Shown here piece by piece: positions 1 through 12,500 of a stretch of DNA of 64,000 nucleotides. The notes under the pieces are model-generated. The model searched no databases and was not told the origin of the DNA. It worked only from the letters and a program-made list of their open reading frames with translations. The stretch comes from Paraspadella gotoi. Its lineage: Eukaryota; Animalia; Chaetognatha. Position 1 is the first letter of the stretch. Each line of letters starts with the position of its first letter. Position numbers and translations under genes: made by a program. The stretch lies in NCBI GenBank assembly GCA_051294375.1, contig JBJCIZ010000028.1, positions 1,770,542-1,834,541 on the forward strand. Reading direction: 5' to 3'.

Positions 1-800
1 ATGTTATTTACTCACTGTTTACTAACTTTACAATTGCATTTCAGTGTTAAAAACGGCATATTATAGTTGAAATTTGTCCAGTCTTTTCTGTACGATGTTG
101 AGTTCATCACTTTCCATCTGGGCCACTTCGTAAACTGATTATTTTTTTTTCTTAAAAACTTTAAAAAATTTAAAAAAATTAGGAATGGATAAAAATTTAA
201 GGTATGAAAAAATTTTAATTCAAATTTTTTTTAAAGTCAAATCATTAATTGGATCAAAGTATAACTTCTAACATTAGTACAAGTATAAGAGAAGTATAAG
301 GGAAGCGCTCTTTATCTCTCCTAAAATTTAATCTGTTGTGAACAAGAGTCAAACGAAACCGGAAAGATATTTTAAAGGTCATGACAAATGTTTACCAAAT
401 TAAATAACATCTTTATTCGCATTTTAAGAGGGATTTGTTTTTTTTCTGTACTTTCCTGTGCGTACCACCATTAAAATTCCTTTATTAAGGCCCAGACGCA
501 AGAATTCAGCTTTCTGCATTAAAAAATAAAAATTCGAAATTCATGGAAAAATGAAAAGAGAATGGAGGGTATCAGTATTTAGGGGAGATCAATTAAAAAC
601 TTTTCCAATAAATATCTCGTCCTTGTTCGCATTGCAACAACGAGACGGGAATTTTTTCTCCACTTTCCCGCGCGAAGAAAAATTAATAACTATCACCATT
701 CAAATTCCTTTAATGATAGACCCTTAAGCTTATGATATCATTTTTATCACTGGGTCCCCTTAAGCTTGAGCAATATTTAATCGATAATTTTTTTTCTAAG

Positions 801-906
801 CAGTTGAAAGAACCGTCAAGTGCTACATGACCGATTGCAATGAGGAATTCAAAATAATCTGTCCACCTCGTGAAAGGGAATCAATGTACGCCTGCAGTAA
901 ATGCAG
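801..906 (+). CDS. Isolated zinc-ribbon exon (C-x4-C...C-x2-C), paralog of exon 7230-7334
   Basis: Acceptor ttttctaag at 792-800 and donor GT at 907; translates VERTVKCYMTDCNEEFKIICPPRERESMYACSKC; the diverged copy at 7230-7334 keeps every Cys and both splice sites. Confidence 0.5.
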
Positions 907-1135
907 GTGATCGTTTTAAGATGTGGCGACTTAAAGGGTAAAAAAGAAAAAAAAATGGTTTGTTAAGCTAAAAAAAGTAAGATATTTTTCGTTGTATTTA
1001 GTTGCGTCATAATTGAAGATAATATAGCAAAATACTGGTTGTCTGTAATGCTCATCTCTTGTTCGGGCCTTTGGACCTTCCGTGGCGACCCCTGCCACCT
1101 GCTCCGTTATATTGAAAGCATTAGGCTTTGCCAAC

Positions 1136-1520
1136 CCAGCAGGATAGGATAGGATAGGATAGGAATTAAGCCAAGGAATATAGTTAGAGATTAGGTTAGT
1201 GTTTAAGGTTTAAGGTTTAAGGTTAGGTCTTGGATTATTAGTTTGAGATTATGATAGGGATTAGGCTAAGGAATAGAGTTAGAGATGAGGTTAGTGATTA
1301 AGGTTTAGGTTTTAGATTATCAGTTTGAGATTAGGATAGGGATTAGGCCAAGGAATAGAGTTAGAGATGAGGTTAGTGATTAAGGTTTAGGGTTAGGTCT
1401 TAGATTATTAGTTTGAAATTAGGATAGGGATTAGGCCAAGAAATAAAGTTAGAGATTAGGTTAGTGATTGAGGATATATGGTAAGGTTTTGGGTTATTAT
1501 TTTGGTAATAGATTAGGGTT
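1136..1520 (+). repeat. Minisatellite of roughly 90-bp units built from degenerate TTAGGG-like hexamers
   Basis: Recurring ggattaggccaaggaatagagttagagatgaggttagtgattaaggtttagggttagg; G-rich on +. Confidence 0.8.
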
Positions 1521-1547
1521 AAATAAAAAAAATAAAATAAGACACTT

Positions 1548-2108
1548 TTGGAAAAAAGAGCCGAACTATACATCGTAATTCCATTCCCTTCTAAAATGAC
1601 TGCCTCCCCAAACAGAAATCACCAAGGACAGTCCGTCTTCCGTCTGCAACTACGTCGACTTGACTCGAAGCACCACGAGGAAACTTTTCACAACGATTTC
1701 CGTCAACGCGCCGCAGCCCTTCTCGATATAGCTCCACAAAAAGGACGGGACCCGCTCAGTATCGTCCGCGACGCCGTCGCAGCTTACAAAAATGCCTCTC
1801 GGGACGACGTCGTGAAAGAGATCCTACTCCGCTCTCTCCCCAAACACGTTGAGGATTCGATTGCACCGAGAGCAGAAGATTCCACACCACAACAGTTGGC
1901 AAAAGCAGCCTCAGCCTATTTTCGCTCAGATGGAAGATTAATCCCAATTGTCAAGACCGAGCAACTCAATGTGTCACCTTTTTGTAGGTCAGTCTGTATG
2001 TCTGTCCGTCGGTCTATCTCACACTTTAAAAATACTCAGAACTTGAGTAAAGAGAGAATTCTCACTCTGACGCCACCAGGGCTGATGGACTCAGACGGGT
2101 GGCGATAG
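1548..2108 (+). pseudogene. Chimeric deletion-derivative copy of the Gag-like/zinc-finger gene
   Basis: The first ~38 codons are shared with ORF 2367; ~1672-1958 matches 6192-6498 (KEILLRSLPKHVEDSIAPRAEDSTPQQLAKAASAYF resembles a Ty3/gypsy Gag capsid C-terminal helix set); it then jumps to sequence matching 7367-7471. Confidence 0.5.
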
Positions 2109-2157
2109 TGAATGTGTTGCCACACCATCTTGCCTCCTACTTCGGACAGGCTACCCC

Positions 2158-2352
2158 TAGAGATGAGATTAGTGATTAAGGTTTAGGGTTAGGTCTTAGA
2201 TTATTAGTTTGAAATTAGGATAGGGATTAGGCCAAGAAATAGTTAGAGATTAGGTTAGTGATTGAGGTTTAGGGTTAGGGGTAAAAATTAGATTAAAGAT
2301 TAGGCTATATGGTAAGGTTTTGGGTTATTATTTTGGTAATAGATTAGGGTTA
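2158..2352 (+). repeat. Second copy of the telomere-like minisatellite, part of a ~320 bp duplication (about 1360-1660 vs 2158-2480)
   Basis: Near-identical to 1363-1520 and followed by the same EK(R/K)AEL..VIPFPS ORF start. Confidence 0.8.
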
Positions 2353-2366
2353 AAAAAAAAACGCTT

Positions 2367-3089
2367 TTGGAAAAAAAAGCCGAACTACACGTTGTAATTC
2401 CTTTCCCTTCTACAATGACTGCCTCCCCAAACAGAAATCCCCAAGGACAGTCCATCTTCCGTCAGCAACTACGTCGACTCGACCAAAATGCGGACCAACC
2501 AACTCCAGACGGGTGGGTCCGTATGGGCGTACAAAACGGAGGTACGGATGAACCAACGCCCAGATGGATCTATAACGGCAACGACGAGGTGAAGGTCGAG
2601 GTGAAGCCTAGGATTCAGAATCGTGACGAAGATGACAAAGGAGACGACAAAGTAATTAAGGTTGACAAAGAAGAGGCCGACAAAAGTGCCGAGGTTGATT
2701 TACCGACGACGAACATGGTTCGATCTCTCTCGATCAAAGGAGATGAACCGATTACGACCGACCGACCATTGTCGACTTGTCCTGAGGATGAGGAAGAGGA
2801 AGAGACGACGACGACGATGACAAAGGCTGTCAATAACGAGCCTAGGATTCAGAATCGTGACGAAGATGACAAAGGAGACGACAAAGTAATTGAGGTTGAC
2901 AAAGAAGAGGCCGACAAAAGTGCCGAGGTTGATTTACCGCCGACGAACATGGTTCGATCTCTCTCGATCAAAGGAGATGAACCGATTAAGACCGAGCGAC
3001 CATCGTCGACTTGTCCCCCTCCTGAGGATGAGGAGGAGGAGGAGGAAGAAACGACGACGACGACGACAAAGGCCGTCGAAAGCGAATGA
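2367..3089 (+). CDS. Acidic low-complexity ORF with a 78-aa internal duplication; function unknown
   Basis: 240-aa ORF; PRIQNRDEDDKGDDKV...TTTT(M/T)TKAV occurs twice with a 234-nt period (about 2605-2831 and 2839-3077) and the frame is preserved. Confidence 0.35.
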   Translation: MEKKAELHVVIPFPSTMTASPNRNPQGQSIFRQQLRRLDQNADQPTPDGWVRMGVQNGGTDEPTPRWIYNGNDEVKVEVKPRIQNRDEDDKGDDKVIKVDKEEADKSAEVDLPTTNMVRSLSIKGDEPITTDRPLSTCPEDEEEEETTTTMTKAVNNEPRIQNRDEDDKGDDKVIEVDKEEADKSAEVDLPPTNMVRSLSIKGDEPIKTERPSSTCPPPEDEEEEEEETTTTTTKAVESE

Positions 3090-3342
3090 AAAGACTGAAT
3101 GAAAAGAAAACTGTTGTTCGCCTTTTGGTAAAATTTTTTTAAAACAAATTTTAAGATTTTTTTTTCATGGTAATTATCCTTTCTTTTTCGTTGTTTGAGA
3201 GATTAACAAAGTTTTTTTTTTAAATTTTAAAATAATTCAAGGACATGGTTCCCCATTAGTTTTAGAGAGTTAGAAGAAAAAATATAGGATATTAAATTCC
3301 ATTCATAAAGTTTATGTCTCTTTCTGTTTATATCTCCCACTT

Positions 3343-3347
<5 letters not shown>

Positions 3348-3392
<45 letters not shown>
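3348..3392. repeat. (CT)n microsatellite; similar tracts near 23600-23775, 36937-36975, 38693-38898, 52946-53010 and 61460-61530
   Basis: Direct reading. Confidence 0.95.
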
Positions 3393-3394
<2 letters not shown>

Positions 3395-4339
3395 GCTCAT
3401 TAACAAAAGCCGGGAGACGAGATTCTTGTTGTCGTTGTTGTCGTCGGGCTTCCGGACAAGGGGCGTGCACACTGCCTGATTTTTCAAAAAGACCTCCAGG
3501 TTAACGCCCTGCTCCTTCCTCCAATCCGGAAGGTTGGGCGAACGAGACATCTCTCTCCCGTTCCACTAATATAAAAAGGGAAGGCTGAGATCCTTCAATA
3601 TAAGAGAACCAACAAACTAACGTAAAAATTCCTAATATTTGTACACTGTACAATGTACAGTATTGTGTAAACCTCTCGTCTCAAATAAAATAACTCTTTA
3701 AAAGTTGAAACTAAAAATAGAAATAACAATATCGCAACTACCTCGTTTGATTGTAAAGAAAAATTTTAAGATACGAAATAGACAACCAGTAACTAGCTAG
3801 CAACTTACGACGGCACCTCATTCAATTTATTCAACGCTGATTGAAACTTTCTTAGTAGTCGATGAGGAGGAGGGGCTTCGCCTCCTGCATCTTCTTCCTC
3901 CCCATTCCTCGTCCTCTTCCTCACGGGGCTCGTTGATTTTCACGATTTCACTTTTCCACCTTTCTCCACTTGTTCTGACATTTTGCTGATTACTGGACGC
4001 CTCTCTCTCAATAAACGCTTTACCTTTTATTTCCCGTTCTATTATTTCACGAGGATACTTATTCCAAGGGTAGTCAATATTTCAAGTTCAAATCTTGCTA
4101 CGTGTAAACTCTTGGGCGCATTTTTCAAACTATTAGTTGACAAAAACTTGACATCAAACGGGCGAAACCTTTACGCTGACTTATTCTTCCACGTCATCGT
4201 CGTCGTCGTCATCGTCGTCATCCCCAGGTAAATAGTCCACTGGTTGTTTACCAATTTTCTGGAGACAAAATTCGCCGAAAAAAATAAACATTCTGCGTAG
4301 CGGATTTTTTTGGTTCAAAATTAAATTTTACGAATTAAC

Positions 4340-5035
4340 AGGTTTCCTAACCAGACACAACATTTCATCTCAATCTATCCATCCAATAATGATTAATTAA
4401 GAGTAATTATGGGTTAAAATTAGTAAAAGGATTTTAGTAAATGCGACATATGATTTTTCCATTTAAACTTATTTTGACTCCCACGATTCCATCGAAACTT
4501 TATATCCAGCTCAATCATACACTTTCCTACCCACACATAAAATTTCATTCCAATCCATCCATCCAATCACGAGTAATTGGAGTTTTTTGCTAAGGTGGGA
4601 TGGACTGACGGACGGAGGGACGGACAGACGGAGGGACGGACATCATCTTTTTTGCATAATTTATCTTACGAAAAAACANNNNNNNNNNCCATTTAAACTT
4701 ATTTCGATTCCCACGATTCCATCTAAACTATATATCCAGCTCAATCATACACTTTCCTACCCACACATAAAATTTCATTCCAATCCATCCATCCAATCAC
4801 GAGTAATTGGAGTTTTTTGCTAAGGTGGGACGGACGGACGGACGGAGGGACGGACATCATCTTTTTTGCATAATTCATCTTACGAAAAAACAAAAGTTTT
4901 TATTGGCTGTTACAATGATTTATTTAAATATTAAATTTATCATAATTCGATGCTCTGACAGTGAATGATCGACAATATTGAGGGGGCGGACCGACGGACC
5001 GGCAAAGTGGATTACCTGCTTATCAGCAGATACCA
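4340..5035 (-). mobile_element. Helentron-associated non-autonomous element (DINE/HINE-like), partial
   Basis: Tandem core ccatttaaact...aatttcattccaatccatcc, (GGAC)n microsatellite, and conserved gagggggcggaccgacggacc with a ctgcttatcagcag hairpin, all shared with other copies. Confidence 0.65.
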
Positions 5036-5181
5036 ATCTCAAGACAAACAGTTCGAGACTTTGAGCGTGGAGATACGAATCGGGAACGTTCTTTAAGGTC
5101 CGGGATCACTCAATTCAAATTATAATTAGGCTAAAACTATATATATATATATATACTATATAAAATAAAAGAAACCTATTT

Positions 5182-5464
5182 GAAGAGTTGCAGCCCAAAC
5201 GGTAATGCGGTTTCTCATGAAATTTGGCATGAATTACCTTTAAGTCACGAACTCCAATTCTATGAAAAGATACTTTCAAAATTTGCCTTCCTTCATAGAA
5301 AATTTGATTATTTTAATCAATTTTTGGTATTAATTCCTTCATATCTTTGAAAAGAAAAACATTTTTTTCAAAAACGCGCTCATAGAATCTCCCCCACCTT
5401 TCTTTTCTTGCCCAAAATATTTTTTTCTTCAAGAAGAGTCCAACGGTTTGAGCTGCAACTCTTC
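5182..5464. mobile_element. Small element bounded by a 19-bp inverted repeat (MITE-like, or an internal IR of a Helitron-like repeat)
   Basis: gaagagttgcagcccaaac at 5182 vs gtttgagctgcaactcttc ending at 5464 (1 mismatch); a tatactatataaaa motif upstream resembles non-autonomous Helitron 5' ends; no TSD seen. Confidence 0.4.
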
Positions 5465-6076
5465 GTTTTTAACTTCACTTCGTTAAGAAAGTTAAATTCT
5501 GTACTCATTAAACTCATTAAACATTTACATAAAGTAAAAAGTCAAATTGAAATAAATTCGATAAGTTTTTTAACTGATAAAACTCTTAAAAGTATAAAAA
5601 CCCGTCTGGAAAATGTATAGAGTAGTTTATTTTAGACTTATTAGTGATACAACTCCAAGTATGTACTTGTACCAAAGGAAGAATTAAATATAAGAAGTAG
5701 AAATTGAGCTTACTGTAAAGAATCAGTTTTAAGTTAAAAATTTGTTTGTAGAAATTTAGCTTACATATAAAAAATTATTTATCTTTTGAAAATCTAGTTT
5801 TACCAAAAAAAAAATTTTGTTTAAATTTTTATGAACATTTTATATAGATTTTTAAAAGTTTTCGATTATTTTTCTCTTGAAAACCTCTTACAAGATATGA
5901 GAAAATGATTAAGATACAGTAAATTAAGATTTCCCGAATTTTAGGTTGAGTGATCCCTGGCCTTAAAGTCATATCAACGCCTTCTGTCCCGACTTGCTTG
6001 AGAATCTTACAGCGGTAATCGAACGCCGCCTTCTAGCGATCGCTCCAAGTAGAATTTCGTCTACAGTTCCGGCACT

Positions 6077-7473
6077 ATGGCAGAAAAACCACAAACGCGT
6101 CGACCCCGAGTTTCCTTTGCTGGGAAGCACCCGCAATTCGAAGACAAATATCGCGATTTGACTGCAGTCGATTTCAAAAGCTTTGAAAATCCCCACGAGG
6201 AAACTTTTCACAACGATTTCCGTCAACGCGCCGCAGCCCTTCTCGATCCAGCTCCACAAAAAGGACGGGACCCACTCAGCATCGTCCGCGACCGCGCGCT
6301 CCGGCAGCCTTACGAAAAAACGCCCTCTCGCTGGACGAACGATCGGTGAAAGAGATCCTTAACTCCGCTCTCTCCCCCCACACGATCGTGTGATTCGATC
6401 GCACCAAGAGCAGAGGATTCCACACCAGCAACAGCTGCAAAGCGAGCCTCCAGCCTATTTTCGCTCAGATGGCAGATTAATCCCGATTGTCAAGACCAAG
6501 ACAACCAAAAAAGAATCGCCTATTTTCGTTGCTGCAGAAGCTGGTTACCACAGCACTCCAGGTGGTCGTGACCAAAGCCGTGATCGAGGACGCAGCACAA
6601 GTTATTGTGGAAACAGAGAACCTCTGAATAGTGTTTGGGACAGTGAGGAAAAAGGAGTCGCATGCTGTAAGGCTTGTGGCAAAACGTCACATGCTAAAAA
6701 TAGCAAAGACAGACTACGCACTCTGGATAAACACCCTTGTAAGGATACAGGTGGAGGTAAATAAGGAGCTGACGCTTATACTGTAATACTGTCATACTGC
6801 CAGTAGAAAAAGACAATATCTAATCAATAATTTTCTTTNNNNNNNNNNNNNNNNNNNNNNNNNAAGACCAAGACAAACCAAACAAAGAATCGCCTATTTT
6901 CGTTGTGGCAGAAGCTGAGTTACCACAGCTACTCCCAGACGTTGGTCGTGACCAAAGCGTGATCGATGGACGCGAGCACAAAGTTATGGTGGAAACAGAG
7001 AACCTCTGAATAGTGTTTGGACAGTGAGGAAAAAGGCAGTCGCATGCTGGTAAAGGCTTATGGCCACAAAAACGTCACATACTAAAAATAGCAAAGACAG
7101 GATACGCCACTTCTGATAAAACCCTGTAAGGATACATGTGAGGTAAATAGGCAGCTGACGTTATACTGTACTACTTCATACTGCCAGTAGAAAAAGACAA
7201 TATCTAATCACATAATTTTCTTTTCTAAGGAGCTGAAGAAAACCGTCACGTGCACAATGGCTGCTTGCAATAAGAAATTCACATTTTTCGTGTCCGCCTC
7301 ATTCAGGCATGCTGTACGCCTGCAGTAAATGCAGGTAAATTTTTAGTTGCGCCGAGATTACTCACGGAGCAACTCAATATGTCACCTTTTTGTAGGTCAG
7401 TATGTCTGTCTGTCCGTCGGTCTATCCCACACCTTAAAAATGCTCAGAACTTGAGTAAAGAGAGAATTCTCGC
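6077..7473 (+). CDS. Spliced gene: Gag-capsid-like region + BED-like finger + zinc-ribbon exon + terminal exon (noisy, partly duplicated across the gap at 6839)
   Basis: ORFs 6077-6349 and 6390-6764 join when compared with the cleaner 1672-1958 copy; SVWDSEEKGVACCKACGK...LDKHPC; introns 7143-7229 (phase 1) and 7335-7395 (phase 2) are GT-AG and phase-compatible. Confidence 0.5.
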
Positions 7474-9514
7474 NNNNNNNNNNNNNNNNNNNNNNNNNNN
7501 NNNNNNNNNNNNNNNNNNNNNNNNNNNNNNNNNNNNNNNNNNNNNNNNNNNNNNNNNNNNNNNNNNNNNNNNNNNNNNNNNNNNNNNNNNNNNNNNNNNN
7601 NNNNNNNNNNNNNNNNNNNNNNNNNNNNNNNNNNNNNNNNNNNNNNNNNNNNNNNNNGCTACCCCTATCATAAGTTAAAGTACATTGACTCAAATCATAT
7701 TTTTGTTCTCAAGTGGTCCACTCTATTGTTGGGTGTGACCGACGGACGGACAAAGTTAATTATCGAATATAGAACCGTTTAAACAATTTATAAACCCTCT
7801 TCATTTAGATTTTATTATCATTTCAATCCGAAGTGCTTGTACATTTAAAAGAATTTCCTTTTCCATCAGGGCCAATGACGAACCTTGGATTCCAAACGAC
7901 GAAGAAGATGACGACATAATTAAAAGAAGATTTGGGAAAGAAGTTGCATTAAAGAAGCAGTTGAAGACCACGAGGCAATCTCTCTCGACCAATGGATACG
8001 ATCTATCTATTTTCCGAAGACAACCATGATAGCCCCCTTCAAATGATTTAATAACATATCAATATCAAGCAATAATAATGAAAAAAAAGAAGAATAAATA
8101 TCAATAATAATGAAAAAAAAGAATAAATATCAAATCTAAAAAAAAGCTTTAGATGGTGATAGGCGTATTTTGCAATTTTCGTGATAAAAATGTCAATTGG
8201 TTGAAAGAATATATGTTAAATTAAAAAGTTAAATTTTTATATGTTAAATTAAAAAGCTGTTTTTAAAATCATCTTTCCCCTTTTTTCATTGGAAACGACC
8301 AGAGGCAGGGACTTCCTAAAAGTTCATCTGACAACCATTGCCCTCTGCTCAAGAAAGACTGTTTGGAGCCACACATACTGGACAAACTACCGCCCGTTAT
8401 TAGATTCAGAACTTCGGATCTCACTGTAGTCCGCCACTACAAGTTTTACAATATATATACTCGGAAGTAAAGTCACGAGAATGCGGGAAAATATATGTTG
8501 AAGGCAGGAAAATCTATACGGCGCCAAAATCATGAGGGTAAAAAAAGGGGAGAAACTAGAAGGAGAAGAGAGAAAAGGTGAACTGAATCTCGTGAACGCG
8601 GCCCCGAATCCCTGGGAGGAGGATGATATATACTGATATACAATATATATTTATAATGTATGTCTTTCCTAAGTGGCATAGAAAGTAGAAGACTATAATA
8701 CTCATTATTATTCTGACTATATTAAATGTTTTATGTCGACCGTTTTATGAACCTTTTTTTTTAAGATTAAATTTCATCGAACGTCGAATTTCTGAGAAAT
8801 GCAGAAAACAATTTTGGGGTGCGTCAGAATTTTTTTGTTTTTAATAAACTCGTTTTTACGATTTTTATCCAATTTCGTCTTTGAATCAATTTTTTTCGTG
8901 GATTAGTTCCTACGATTTAGAGGACTTTGATTCCATTTTGGATAAAAAAAACAAAAAACATCAAAATTTTAAGTCTTAAAAGTTNNNNNNNNNNNNNNNN
9001 NNNNNNNNNNNNNNNNNNNNNNNNNNNNNNNNNNNNNNNNNNNNNNNNNNNNNNNNNNNNNNNNNNNNNNNNNNNNNNNNNNNNNNNNNNNNNNNNNNNN
9101 NNNNNNNNNNNNNNNNNNNNNNNNNNNNNNNNNNNNNNNNNNNNNNNNNNNNNNNNNNNNNNNNNNNNNNNNNNNNNNNNNNNNNNNNNNNNNNNNNNNN
9201 NNNNNNNNNNNNNNNNNNNNNNNNNNNNNNNNNNNNNNNNNNNNNNNNNNNNNNNNNNNNNNNNNNNNNNNNNNNNNNNNNNNNNNNNNNNNNNNNNNNN
9301 NNNNNNNNNNNNNNNNNNNNNNNNNNNNNNNNNNNNNNNNNNNNNNNNNNNNNNNNNNNNNNNNNNNNNNNNNNNNNNNNNNNNGGCCTTAGAAACCAAA
9401 GGTAAGCAACCCGTTGCAATGGCTCGTGGACGTTGTGTGGCGATCGTTTGTAAATCGCCACGCGCGTCTGCGCCTNNNNNNNNNNNNNNNNNNNNNNNNN
9501 AGATGATTTTATTT

Positions 9515-12500
9515 AGACTTTCTCAACCGACTTTCTTCAGACGGACTTTCTCAACCGACTTTGCTCAACCTGAATCTTTCTCAAGTCCGACTTTCTCACC
9601 GACTTTCTCGAACCGCGACTTTCTCAAGCCGACTTTCTCAACCGACTTTCTCAACACGACTTTCCAACGCGACTTTTCAACCTGACTTTCTCAACCGCTT
9701 CACTGCTTCTCAAACGGCGACTTTCTCAACGCGACTTTCATCAGCGCGACTTTCTCAAGCACGGACTCTCAGCCACTTTCTCAACCGGACTTTCTCAACG
9801 ACTTTCTCACGACTTTCTGCAGCACTTGTCAACGGGCTTTCTCAACCGACCGCTTTCTCACTCGCTTTCTCACGCGACTTACCTCTACCCTTTCGCAGAC
9901 TTTCTCAACCGACATTTTGCACCGACTTTTCAGAGAGGATTTCTCTAACGCTTTCCTCAACCGACTTTTCAAGCCGGTCTTTCTCAACCGACTTCCTCAT
10001 GATTTCGCACTGACCTTTTTCTAGCGCGACTCTCACGACCTTTCTCAAGCGCGAGCTTTCTGCAACCGGACTTTCTCAACCGACTTCTCAACCGACTTTC
10101 TGCAACCGACTTTCTTCAACCCGAGCTTGTCTCAACCGACTTTCTCAACGCGACTTCTCAACCGGACTTTCTCAGCCGAGCTTTCTCAACTGACTTTCTG
10201 CAACCGACCTTGTCTCACGGACTCTACGCTTTTGGAGCGCGAGTTTCTCAAGACTCATCAACCTTTTCAGACTCCCAACCGGACTTTCTCAACTCTTTGA
10301 ACGACTTTCTCACGGACTCAGCGGTTGTTCCACAACCTTTCTCCAGTTTTAAGCCGACTTTCTCAACCGACTTTCTCAAGGCCAGACTTTTCAACGACTT
10401 CCACCGACTTTGCAAACGACTTTCTCAACCGACTTCTCAAGCGACTTCTAAGACTTTTCTCAACCGACTTCAACCGACTTTCTCAACGACTTCGATCGAC
10501 TTGTTCTCAACCAGACTTCTCCAAACCGACTTTCTGCACACGACTTTCTCAACTGACCTTTCTCAACCGACTTTCTCAACCTGACTTTCTCAACCGGAAC
10601 TTTCTCACAGCGAGCTTTCTCCACGCGACTTTCTCAAACGAAGCTTTCTCACGAACTTTCTCAACCGACTTATTCTCAACGCGACTTTCTCCTCAACGTT
10701 TGCACGGCTTTACTCAACCGACTTTCTCAACGCGAGCATTTCTCAAACGACTTTTCTCAACGCGACTTTCTCAAGCGCGACTTTCTCAACCGACTTTCTC
10801 AACCGGCTTTCTCAACTGACTTTCTCAACGCGACGCACTTTCGCGCGATCAGAACGACTTTCTCAACGGACTTTCTCAACGCGACTTTCTCACCGACTTC
10901 TCACAAGCTTCCAGCGAACTTTTCAACCGTACTTTCTAGACGCGACTTTCTCAACGACTTTCTCAAGCCAGACTTTCTGCAACCGACTTTCTAGTACGGA
11001 CTTTCACTCAACCGGGACTTTCTTCAACCGAACTTTCTAACCGAACCACGCGGACTTTCTCAACAGATTTCCTTCACCGACTTTCTCAACGAACTTCTGC
11101 AAACGACTTTCTCAACGGATCTTTCTCGAACCGGACTTTCTCAACCGGGCTTTCTCAACGCGCTTTCTCACTGACTTGCGACTTCTCAAGCCGACTTTCT
11201 CAACCGACTTTCTCACCTTTCTCAACTGGACTTTCTCAACCGACTTCGCCACTTCTCAACCAACGACTTTCCTCAACCGACTTTCTCATCAACGCTTTTA
11301 CCGATTTCTCACACCCAACGACTTTCTTCACCGACTTTCTTCCACGATTCTCAACCGACTTTAAACGAGCTTTCTCAACGGATCTTTCTCGAATCGACGC
11401 CGACGGACTTTCTCAACGCCAAGACTTTCTGCCTACTCAACTCACGCTTTCTCACCGACTTCTCACGCGCTTCTCAAACCTCGCACTGTTTCTCAACCGC
11501 TCCGCACTTTACGTACTTAGGACTCCGAACCACTTTCTCAACGACTTTCTCAACACGACTTTCTCACGCGACTTTCTCGCTTCTCTCAAGACTCTGCAGC
11601 GCTTTCTCAGCGATTCCACGGACTTTCTCAACCGACTTTTCTCAACCGACTTTCCTCAAACGCTCCACGAGGTCTAACTTTTCTCACATTCCTTCAAGAC
11701 CTTTCTCATACGGACTTTCAACCGTCTTCTCAACCCTACCGACTTCCAACCGGTTCCAACGACGTTCCAGACTTTCTCAACCGTTAACGACTTTCTCACA
11801 CCGACTTTTCTCAACGGACTTTCTCAACCGACTTTCTCTAACGCGGACTTGTCGTCAACGCGATTCGCACGCTTTCTCAACCTGAACTTTCTCAACCGAC
11901 TTTCTCAACCGACTGTTCTCCCGACTTTCTCAATCGATTTCTCAACGCGAACTTCTCAAGATTTCCATGACTGTTCTCAACCGACTTCTCAGATCGCGAC
12001 TCTTCTCAACGACTTTCTCAGACGACTTTCCTCAAGACGGACTTTCTCAACCGACTTTCTGCAAGCGGACGACTTTTCTTACCGACTTTTCTCACGCTTT
12101 GTCAACCGACTTTCTCAAACCGACTTTCTCAACCGACTTTCTCAACGCGACTTCTAGGTTTCTCAACGCTGACTTTCTCAACGAGACTTTCTCAACCGAC
12201 TTCTGCAACGACTTTTCTCAAACCGACTTTCTCACCGACTTTCTCAACCGACATTTCTCACCGATCTGTTATCGCGACTATTCCACCGACTTTCTCACGG
12301 ACTTTCTCACGCGACTTTCTCAACCGACTTCCGACTTTCTCACCGGAACTTTCTCAACCGCTTTCTCAAGCCGCTTTCTCAAGCGGGACTTTCTCAAACG
12401 ACTTTCAGCCGACTTTCTCAATCCCGACTTTCTCAACGGACTTCTCGCGACTTTCTCACCGACTTTCTCACCGGACTTTCTCAACCGACTTTCTCACCCG

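Noticed and set aside
7379-9685. ORFs spanning N runs
   Set aside because: Their length comes from the gaps; only 7396-7473 is used, as an exon.
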